Shown: positions 30,808 to 38,625 of the stretch, piece by piece
Layout of the letters: each line of letters opens with the position of its first letter
How positions within the stretch are numbered: position 1 is the stretch's first letter
Source: a virus
Lineage: Duplodnaviria > Caudoviricetes
DNA: 54,918 bases
Direction: 5' to 3' (one strand)
Virus record (IMG/VR): IMGVR_UViG_3300021957_000050
Location: 1 to 54,918 of that record
Program-made: the position numbers and the translations under genes
The notes under the pieces: generated by a model
Told to the model about the DNA's origin: nothing
Database searches by the model: none
What the model saw: only the letters and a program-made list of their open reading frames with translations

Positions 30808-32565
30808 ATGGCAGAATCAATCATCTCACCGGGTGTATTTGCAAGAGAAAACGATATTTCTTTTATCCAGCCTGCTCCAGTAGAAGCTGGCGCTGCAATC
30901 ATCGGGCCTTCAGTTAAAGGACCAGTAGAAGAACCAACCATCGTTACATCATACAATCAGTATGTACGTAATTTCGGAGAAACTTTTGTATCAGCATCAA
31001 CAAAGCAAGAATATTTAACTTCTATAGCGGTTAAAAACTACTTCCAACAAGGAGGTAATTCTGTATTGATGACAAGAGTAGTAACTGGATCTTTCACTCA
31101 AGCATCTTCAACTCACATTTCATCATCACTTAACGATAGTGTTCAACCTTTTGAAATTAAAACATTAGGAAAAGGAGCTATCTTTAATAACTCAGTCTCA
31201 GTAACTAACCCAGGAGCAGAAATTGCAGGATCTGGAGGAGCTTTAGTATCAGGTTCAGTTGATAATATTAGATGGCAAATCCAAAATGTCGATGCTAAAA
31301 AAGGTACATTCTCTCTTTTAATAAGAAGAGGTGATGACAGTCATAGTAATAAAGTAGTATTAGAGACTTTTAATAATTTAAGTTTAGATCCTAATTCTCC
31401 TAATTACATCGAAAGCGCAATTGGTACTCAGTTTAAAACAAAAGCAACAGACGGAACTAAGACATACGTTAAGAGTCAAGGAGACTATATAAACAAATCT
31501 AACTACATATACATTTCATCAGTAAATTCAGCAACAGTTGATTACTTACAAAACGATGGTGTATCAGTAGGAGTAGATGGAGATGGATCTTCTTATTCAG
31601 GATCTTTACCGATTGAAGAATCTGGATCATTCTACAATGCAAATGGAATCAATGCTGTAGCTAACGCTAACTACTTTGGATCTATATCAAATACAAACAC
31701 TCAAGGTTTAACATCTGGTAACTATACAGATGCTATATCAATACTAGATAATAAAGACGAATACATATTTAATATACTATCTGCACCAGGTTTAATTTAT
31801 AAACATGCTGATCAAGCAGGAGCATTAAATAGTGTAGTTACTTTAGCAGAATCTAGAGGAGACTGTATCGCAGTAATAGATCTAGAGTCTTATGGTTCGA
31901 CTGTAAGCAACATCACATCAACAGCAACAGGATTAAATAGTTCTTATGCTTCTTCTTATTGGCCATGGGTACAAGTTGTATCTGCTACGGGAAGAAACGT
32001 ATATGTCCCTGCTTCTTGTGTTATACCAGGAGTATATGCATTTACAGATAATAGTTCAGCACCTTGGTTCGCACCAGCTGGATTAGTAAGAGGAGGAATC
32101 GTTGGAGTAATTCAAGCAGAACAAAAATTAACAAGAGGTCAAAGAGACTTATTGTATGATGGTAAAGTTAATCCAATCGCTACTTTCCCTGGACAAGGTA
32201 TTGCAGTATTTGGACAAAAGACTTTACAGACTAAAGCATCAGCTTTAGATAGAGTAAACGTAAGAAGATTATTAATCGAGCTTAAGAAGTTCTTAGGAGA
32301 TCAAGCTAGAAACTTAGTATTTGAACAAAATACAGTAGCAACTAGAAACAGATTTTTATCTATAGTGAATCCATACTTAGAATCAGTAGTACAGAGACAA
32401 GGTCTTTATACCTTTAGAGTAGTAATGGACGATACAAACAACACCGCAGATGTTGTAGACAGAAACCAATTGGTAGGTCAAATATTTATTCAGCCAGCTA
32501 AAACAGCAGAATTTATAGTACTAGACTTCACAGTTGAACCTACTGGAGCAACTTTTAACGGATAA
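30808..32565 (+). CDS. Tail sheath protein
   Basis: SPGVFARE N-terminus; YWPW, PWFAPAG..RG, VNPI..FPGQG..VFGQKTL, DRVNVRRLL and QPAKTAEFI motifs. Confidence 0.95.
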   Translation: MAESIISPGVFARENDISFIQPAPVEAGAAIIGPSVKGPVEEPTIVTSYNQYVRNFGETFVSASTKQEYLTSIAVKNYFQQGGNSVLMTRVVTGSFTQASSTHISSSLNDSVQPFEIKTLGKGAIFNNSVSVTNPGAEIAGSGGALVSGSVDNIRWQIQNVDAKKGTFSLLIRRGDDSHSNKVVLETFNNLSLDPNSPNYIESAIGTQFKTKATDGTKTYVKSQGDYINKSNYIYISSVNSATVDYLQNDGVSVGVDGDGSSYSGSLPIEESGSFYNANGINAVANANYFGSISNTNTQGLTSGNYTDAISILDNKDEYIFNILSAPGLIYKHADQAGALNSVVTLAESRGDCIAVIDLESYGSTVSNITSTATGLNSSYASSYWPWVQVVSATGRNVYVPASCVIPGVYAFTDNSSAPWFAPAGLVRGGIVGVIQAEQKLTRGQRDLLYDGKVNPIATFPGQGIAVFGQKTLQTKASALDRVNVRRLLIELKKFLGDQARNLVFEQNTVATRNRFLSIVNPYLESVVQRQGLYTFRVVMDDTNNTADVVDRNQLVGQIFIQPAKTAEFIVLDFTVEPTGATFNG

Positions 32566-32580
32566 ATTATTAATTAACTG

Positions 32581-32588
32581 TATTTATA
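32581..32588 (+). promoter_or_regulatory. Class 2 (putative late) promoter motif TATTTATW, representative copy
   Basis: Also at 11859, 29877, 30717, 30774, 33171, 34210, 36520, 43796 and 48660, all in intergenic gaps. Confidence 0.6.
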
Positions 32589-32604
32589 ATAAAGTAAATA
32601 GAAC

Positions 32605-33090
32605 ATGGCAATATTAGATCCAAACGAAATAATGTTTAAAGCTTTCGAACCGAAAGTACAGAACAGATTTGTAATGCTTATCGACGGAATTCCTTCCTTT
32701 ATGGTAAAGAATGTAAAAGCTCCTACCTTCACCGATAACGTTATCAAATTAGATCACATCAATTCATATAGAAAAATTAGAGGAAAAAGAGAATGGGACG
32801 ATATGACCATGACACTTTACGATCCAGTAACACCAAGTGGAGCTCAAGCAGTAATGGAGTGGGCAAGACAAGGTTACGAATCAGTAACTGGTAGAGCAGG
32901 ATACTCTGATTTCTATAAAAAGGATTTAACTCTAAATATTTTAGGACCTGTAGGAGACATCGTAGGAGAATGGATCATCAAAGGTGCTATTTTGTCAAAC
33001 GGAGACTTTGGTCAATATGACTGGACATCTGATGAAGCTGTTGAAATCAGCATTACAGTAGCAATGGACTACTGCGTATTAAACTACTAA
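32605..33090 (+). CDS. Tail tube protein (T4 gp19-like)
   Basis: Follows sheath; FEPK..NRF, W..MT.TLYDP, YKKD.TL..LGP.G..V..W and DY motifs. Confidence 0.9.
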   Translation: MAILDPNEIMFKAFEPKVQNRFVMLIDGIPSFMVKNVKAPTFTDNVIKLDHINSYRKIRGKREWDDMTMTLYDPVTPSGAQAVMEWARQGYESVTGRAGYSDFYKKDLTLNILGPVGDIVGEWIIKGAILSNGDFGQYDWTSDEAVEISITVAMDYCVLNY

Positions 33091-33118
33091 TACACACCTA
33101 CCTCTTATAAAGTTAATG

Positions 33119-33143
33119 AACCCGGATCTTTTCCGGGTTTTTT
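33119..33143 (+). terminator. Intrinsic terminator
   Basis: AACCCGGA-TCTT-TTCCGGGTT stem-loop followed by a T run, after the tube gene. Confidence 0.85.
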
Positions 33144-33144
33144 A

Positions 33145-33178
33145 GTTGTTTCTAAAAGTTATTTTTCTTATATTTATA
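33145..33178 (+). promoter_or_regulatory. Class 1 promoter overlapping a TATTTATA class 2 motif
   Basis: GTTG-N16-TTCTTATATT followed by TATA, directly after the terminator. Confidence 0.7.
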
Positions 33179-33208
33179 TATAGAATAAGTTATAAAGAAA
33201 TAAAATTT

Positions 33209-33952
33209 ATGGAATCAAAATTTAAACTACCTACTGAATCAGTAGAACTTCCTTCAAAAGGATTTCTCTACCCCGAAGATTCACCTCTAGCAAGCGGTAC
33301 ATTAGAAATGAAGTATATGACCGCAAAAGAAGAGGACATATTAACTAACCAAAACTACATTAAAAACGGTACAGTAATAGATAAACTATTACAATCTTTA
33401 ATAGTAGATAAAAGCATTAAACTAAACGAACTGTTGATAGGAGATAAAAATGCTATAATGATAGCAGCAAGAGTTTTAGCATACGGTAAAGATTACACTG
33501 TGACTTTTGCTGGAGAAAAAGTTACTGTAGACCTTTCAAAGTTAGACAATAAAGAATTAGACGAAACTCTCTACAGTGATAGAAAGAATGAATTTAAATT
33601 CCCATTACCTCATACAGATAATCAAGTTACTTTTAGATTATTAACTCATGCTGATGAAAAAAATATAGAAAAAGAAATAGAAGGTAGAAAAAAATTAAAT
33701 AAAGATTCAAGTACACAAGTTACCACAAGATTATCCTATATTATAACCAGTGTAAACGGATTAACAGAAAAAAAAGATATAAGAGAATTTGTTAATGATT
33801 ACTTATTAGCAAAAGATTCAAGAGCTCTTAGAGAATACTACAATACAGTTTCACCCGATATAGATATACAGCATACTTATACAGACGATGCTGGAAGAGA
33901 GGAGGTATTTGAGATCCCGATTGGGATTGACTTTTTTTGGCCTGACCTCTGA
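33209..33952 (+). CDS. Tail assembly chaperone / T4 gp26-like baseplate hub assembly protein
   Basis: LPSKG..Y, MKYMTAKEEDIL and C-terminal FFWP motifs; lies between tube and tape measure. ATG 33209 is preferred over TTG 33146. Confidence 0.75.
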   Translation: MESKFKLPTESVELPSKGFLYPEDSPLASGTLEMKYMTAKEEDILTNQNYIKNGTVIDKLLQSLIVDKSIKLNELLIGDKNAIMIAARVLAYGKDYTVTFAGEKVTVDLSKLDNKELDETLYSDRKNEFKFPLPHTDNQVTFRLLTHADEKNIEKEIEGRKKLNKDSSTQVTTRLSYIITSVNGLTEKKDIREFVNDYLLAKDSRALREYYNTVSPDIDIQHTYTDDAGREEVFEIPIGIDFFWPDL

Positions 33953-34199
33953 TTATAGGCAGATAGTCTTTTCTCAAATACATGAAATAGTATTTCACGG
34001 CGGCGGTGGTTATTCATGGCCGGATGTTTATAATATGCCTATATGGTTACGAAATTTCACTTTTAATAAACTGAAAGCACATTTTGATAATGAAGCAGAA
34101 GCATATGAAAAATCTAATAAAACATCAAAGAGTGAATCAACACAAGTCGCTAGACCAAACATTAAACCAGCCTATACTACAAAAGGTTCTAACAAATAA
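33933..34199 (+). CDS. Tail chaperone C-terminal extension (gp51-like), probably reached by frameshift
   Basis: FFGLT..YR..IHEIVFHG.GGY.W..VYNMPIWLR; the plausible coding portion begins at the T7 run overlapping the upstream gene's end. Confidence 0.6.
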   Translation, partial: FFGLTSDYRQIVFSQIHEIVFHGGGGYSWPDVYNMPIWLRNFTFNKLKAHFDNEAEAYEKSNKTSKSESTQVARPNIKPAYTTKGSNK

Positions 34200-34233
34200 A
34201 AGACTTTACTATTTATAGGAAAGAAGTACCTCT

Positions 34234-36516
34234 ATGGCTGAAGATAAAGAATACGAAAAGAAACGACAGCAAGCTAAAAAACAGACTCAAAAAGATGTTG
34301 ATGAGATAAGCGTGTATGTACAGGATACTATGATATCCGTTGCCGCTAAAATCGGAGAAACACTTAAAGAATCTGTAAATGATGCTATAGACGGCGCAGA
34401 TGCGTCCGTAATTAAATCAATAGGAAATGATCTTACTCGTCAATTCAAATCTGCTGCTAAATTCTCTGATACTTTAGCTTCTAATAATGCAAAATTAAAC
34501 CAAGGAATACTTACAGGTAAGGATATAGAGAAACAACAGTTTCAACTCCAGGAAAAAAGATCTGCTCTGGTCAGAAAGTTATTGCATGCTAAAAAGATGG
34601 GCGTGGAGTATAGCATGGAAGATAGACAACAAGCATTTGAAGCACTTAATATACAGGAGGAACAATTAAGTAAAGACAAAGAACGTGCAGACGGTATTAA
34701 AAAAGCATTAGGAGCAACAGGAGAAGTATTTACTAGAATCAGTAAAAATAAATTTTTTGGCGGTCTTTTAAATGCAGAAGAAGGTTTGAAGAAGATGAGA
34801 AGTGAAGCTGCTAAAAATGGAAAAGCTTTTTCTGGTCTAGGAGGGAAAATCAAACTTATAGGCAAAGGAATAGGTGCTGCATTTTCAGGAATAGAGTCTG
34901 CTACTATTATTTTAGGAGTCATAAAACTTATAGTAAAGGCTTTTAAATTTGTATTAGACTTAGCTTTAGGATTTCAGAAAAAAGTAGTAGAGACCGCACA
35001 AACATTCGGTGTAGCAAAAGAACAAGCCAGGAAAATGGTAGAAGAAGTTTCAAAAGGAGCAGATGCTTCTGGGAAACTCTACATGAATACATCTGCTGCT
35101 TTGGCTGCTCAAAAAGAACTAGTAAATTTATTAGATAGAGGCGGTAAATTTATGGCTGATTCTTTAACTTCAGTAACTTTTTTGCAACAAAGATTAGGGT
35201 TATCTTCCGATACTGCCGCTAAATTTGTTTCTAAGTTTGAAATGTTCGGTAAAAGCTCAGAAGCCGGTTTAGATAATATCTTAGCAATGAATAATTCAAT
35301 GATCAATGCTGGGCAGAGTACAGCCACGTTTGGTCAAGTTGTTAAAGGTGTTTCTGAAGCATCAGGACAAATCCAAGCATCATTTGGTTTTAGTGCCAAA
35401 TCTATAGCTAGAGGGTATCTTGCGGCACGTAAATTAGGGTTAACTTTATCTCAAACAAAAAGTGTATCTGAAAGTCTTTTAGACTTTGAAAGTTCAATCG
35501 CTGCAGAAATGGAAGCTGAATTATTCTTAGGTAGGGACATAGAGTTAGGTAAAGCTAGGACGTTAGCTATGCAAGGAGATATGGTAGGTGCTACTCAAGA
35601 AGTAATGAAGACTATGAAAGGGTTAACAAAAGAGGAAAGAAAACGTCCTTTTATTATGAAAAACCTTGCAAAACTATCAGGATTGTCAGTAGATGAACTA
35701 CAAGATGCTTATGCACTGGAACACGATAGAGGTAGACAAGCACAGCAACAAATTAAAAATCAAAGGGAATTTCTTAAGAGACAGAAAGAGATTAAAGAAA
35801 TGGTAGGTAAAACTGCTGAAGAAAAAGAAGAGTTAATTAAAAAGTTACAAGATGAGTTAGGAATAGCAAACGCCTCTAGAAAACAATTAGATGCTAACGT
35901 TACCGCTGGGCAAGCATTCCAAGAAGTAATAGAAAAAGCTAAAAATGCTTTGCAAAAATTTGTAGGTTCTGGAGCATTAGATAAATTAGTAGACTTACTA
36001 ACAGACTTTATAGATAGAGCAGCAAAAGTAGGATTCGCACGTGCAGCTTTCGGCGGCGGTGACGCAGAAATAGCAACAGATAATGCTAACGCACTTTTAA
36101 AACAACAAAATTTATCAAAACAAGCAATAGAAAAGATTAAAGAAACTCAAGAAGTAGCATCACAAGGATTCTGGTCCAAAGCATGGGCATTTACTAAAGG
36201 AGCAGCTTTTGGTGGCCCAACAGGTGTACTAATGGGTTCAATAAATGTAGCCAGAAAAAATGCTCAGATAAAAGGAGCTCAAACTGATCTCAAAACCCAA
36301 GCAGATGGACTTCCTAAAGAAGCAAAAGTTGAAGATTTTACTCTTAGGCCATTAGGAAAAGATACAATTACCATGGCAGGAGGTACAAAACTAGGAGGTA
36401 ATGTAGAAAAACTATTACAGGAGTTGATAAAGGTTGTAAAAGAGGGAGGAGATGTTTACTTAGATGGAGGAAAAGTAGGATCAGCATTAGCTTTAGGGGC
36501 TAGACTTACTAATTAG
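34234..36516 (+). CDS. Tape measure protein
   Basis: 760 aa, A/K/E/Q-rich and helical; LLDFESSIAAEMEAELF.G motif; canonical position after tube and chaperone. Confidence 0.8.
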   Translation: MAEDKEYEKKRQQAKKQTQKDVDEISVYVQDTMISVAAKIGETLKESVNDAIDGADASVIKSIGNDLTRQFKSAAKFSDTLASNNAKLNQGILTGKDIEKQQFQLQEKRSALVRKLLHAKKMGVEYSMEDRQQAFEALNIQEEQLSKDKERADGIKKALGATGEVFTRISKNKFFGGLLNAEEGLKKMRSEAAKNGKAFSGLGGKIKLIGKGIGAAFSGIESATIILGVIKLIVKAFKFVLDLALGFQKKVVETAQTFGVAKEQARKMVEEVSKGADASGKLYMNTSAALAAQKELVNLLDRGGKFMADSLTSVTFLQQRLGLSSDTAAKFVSKFEMFGKSSEAGLDNILAMNNSMINAGQSTATFGQVVKGVSEASGQIQASFGFSAKSIARGYLAARKLGLTLSQTKSVSESLLDFESSIAAEMEAELFLGRDIELGKARTLAMQGDMVGATQEVMKTMKGLTKEERKRPFIMKNLAKLSGLSVDELQDAYALEHDRGRQAQQQIKNQREFLKRQKEIKEMVGKTAEEKEELIKKLQDELGIANASRKQLDANVTAGQAFQEVIEKAKNALQKFVGSGALDKLVDLLTDFIDRAAKVGFARAAFGGGDAEIATDNANALLKQQNLSKQAIEKIKETQEVASQGFWSKAWAFTKGAAFGGPTGVLMGSINVARKNAQIKGAQTDLKTQADGLPKEAKVEDFTLRPLGKDTITMAGGTKLGGNVEKLLQELIKVVKEGGDVYLDGGKVGSALALGARLTN

Positions 36517-36557
36517 TCCTATTTATATTATATAACAAACTTTAATAAATTATAAAC

Positions 36558-36803
36558 ATGTCATTATTAAACAAAGTAAAAGAATCAGTACTGAGCCTGA
36601 AAGGTCAAACACCTAGTAAAAGAGAAGGTGCTAAAATTACATCTACTCTACATGCTAATTCATCAATAACAGACAATCCAGATATTCTGGCACAACAGTC
36701 TAAATTGAGTTTAAAAGGTCTTAAACCGAGTAATAACTACTTAGACAATTTACCTGAAAAAGGTATACGTACTAGAGCTGTAGACGGAACTGGTAACAAT
36801 TAG
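36558..36803 (+). CDS. Hypothetical small protein
   Basis: 81 aa with internal repeat LSLKGQTP/LSLKGLKP; preceded by TATTTATA. Confidence 0.6.
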   Translation: MSLLNKVKESVLSLKGQTPSKREGAKITSTLHANSSITDNPDILAQQSKLSLKGLKPSNNYLDNLPEKGIRTRAVDGTGNN

Positions 36804-36827
36804 AAATTAATACTTAAATTTTAAAGC

Positions 36828-38318
36828 ATGCCTTTAATAGATTTAAATACTAATCTTAAGTCTTTGACTTATGGTGAGTTTGGAAGTACTGAACCTTTAG
36901 TAATAAAGGATATAAATGCTAATCCAAGCCCTAATGGTATAGCCTTGGAAGGATCTAAAAGGGTAGATGATTTAAAAAGAATAAGTAAATTACTAACACA
37001 AACTCCAGCAGCATTAAAATTTGCTTCTAACCAAGCAGCATTAGGTCTCATAGAAAAAGGTATTCAAAACCCTGACGCTAGCTTTGGAAAAAAACTCTTA
37101 GGAGGAGTTGTAGGTACAGCTACTAAGTTAGCTTCTACTTTAGCACAAGTACCTATATCTGGAACTGGTCTACATTTTGTAGAGGGTTTTGCAGGTAAAA
37201 GAGGGTACATAACAGGGGTTAGAGGACATGTAGAGTATAAGAACAAAGTAGCAAATGGCCTTTACAGTGACGGTAAAAACAACATCACCTTAAAAGGTAA
37301 AATTGAAAAATCAAACGATACTACGCTAAAAGGTAAAATACTCACTACTTATGTAGATAAGTTTATTGACGATGGAGATGACGGATCAAAAGAAAGAGAT
37401 TTGTACCAACCTGATACCACAGCTCCAACTATTATAGCTCCAACACCTAGAAATGAACGAGATCAGTTAAATAAGAACAAAAAAGGCTCTGAATATAAGG
37501 TAATTTATGTTTCACAAGAAAAAAGAAGTCACGCAGCATATGAACAAGCTAATTTTGGTTTTGATAAAAACAAATATCTTATTAATCTGAATAATAAACT
37601 ACTAAGGGATAAGGATAGTGAAGATACTACTATAGAAGTAGTAGATAGAATAAGTGGGATAGGCCCTATAGTTGGAGATTTATCTAAAGGTACAACGATC
37701 ATTGATCCAAATGATTTTGAAAATCAATATTTTAAAGATTTAATTGATTTTAACTTTAAAGTAATAACCCCTAGAAAAGGAAAAGAAGATGACTCAGAAG
37801 TAACATACTTACCCTTTAGAGCTTTCTTAGATTCTTTCAACGATAATTTTGTAGCCAATTGGAATTCACATAAGTATATAGGTAGAGCAGAATCTTTTTA
37901 TTCTTACGGTGGTTTTGAAAGAACTATCTCTTTGTCCTTTAAAATTGCGGCTAGTAGTAAAGAAGAAATACTACCTTTATATCAAAAACTTAATCTCTTG
38001 GTAGGAGCTACTGCTCCGACTTATAAAGAAGGAGGGTATATGAGAGGCCAGATCGTAGCATTAACAGTAGGGGACTACCTAAATGATACCACAGGAATTA
38101 TAACAGCCATAGACCTTTCATGGAATACAGACTACATATGGCATACAGAAGGTATGGATATAAAAAACCCATCGTCTGCCATTGGTGCTCCATCCACTAA
38201 AAAACTACCTACTGTATTGGACGTGACTGTTAGTTTCACTCCTATACATCAAGATATACCAGAGTATGGTAGTGAGTTTATCGGAGCAGAGAATACGATA
38301 TTTAAATCAGAATTTTAA
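36828..38318 (+). CDS. Baseplate/tail tube-initiator-like protein
   Basis: C-terminal FRAFL..F.D...A.W....YIGRAE.FY.Y.GFER.ISLSF...LTVGDY tube-fold motif. Confidence 0.65.
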   Translation: MPLIDLNTNLKSLTYGEFGSTEPLVIKDINANPSPNGIALEGSKRVDDLKRISKLLTQTPAALKFASNQAALGLIEKGIQNPDASFGKKLLGGVVGTATKLASTLAQVPISGTGLHFVEGFAGKRGYITGVRGHVEYKNKVANGLYSDGKNNITLKGKIEKSNDTTLKGKILTTYVDKFIDDGDDGSKERDLYQPDTTAPTIIAPTPRNERDQLNKNKKGSEYKVIYVSQEKRSHAAYEQANFGFDKNKYLINLNNKLLRDKDSEDTTIEVVDRISGIGPIVGDLSKGTTIIDPNDFENQYFKDLIDFNFKVITPRKGKEDDSEVTYLPFRAFLDSFNDNFVANWNSHKYIGRAESFYSYGGFERTISLSFKIAASSKEEILPLYQKLNLLVGATAPTYKEGGYMRGQIVALTVGDYLNDTTGIITAIDLSWNTDYIWHTEGMDIKNPSSAIGAPSTKKLPTVLDVTVSFTPIHQDIPEYGSEFIGAENTIFKSEF

Positions 38319-38322
38319 AACC

Positions 38323-38625
38323 ATGAACAGGTATAAAGACATAAAAACATTAAAAAATTCTGAAGGTTTTAGTTACAGGAGAAATACTATATTCCCGGAA
38401 ATTAAAGAATCTTTAACAGACATTTACGTTATCACTACCGCAGGAGATAGATTCGATACTCTTGCTTTGCAGTACTACAGAGACTCATCTTTATGGTGGG
38501 TTATAGCAGGAGTAAATAAAAGTAAAAAAGATTCATTAGTTGTAACACCGGGTTTACAAATTAGAATACCTATGGACGTGGCTAACATTCTAGAAGAATT
38601 TAACGATCTTAATAATGATAGGTAA
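38323..38625 (+). CDS. Baseplate wedge protein (LysM/tail X, gp53-like)
   Basis: GDRFDTLA.QYY.DSSLWWVIA.N...PGLQIRIP motif; ATG 38323 preferred over 38266. Confidence 0.8.
   Translation: MNRYKDIKTLKNSEGFSYRRNTIFPEIKESLTDIYVITTAGDRFDTLALQYYRDSSLWWVIAGVNKSKKDSLVVTPGLQIRIPMDVANILEEFNDLNNDR

Noticed and set aside
33888-33932. ATG 33888 as an independent start of the gp51-like ORF
   Set aside because: It sits deep in the upstream gene, lacks an A-rich leader, and the first 15 codons look like an out-of-frame shadow. Not fully excluded.
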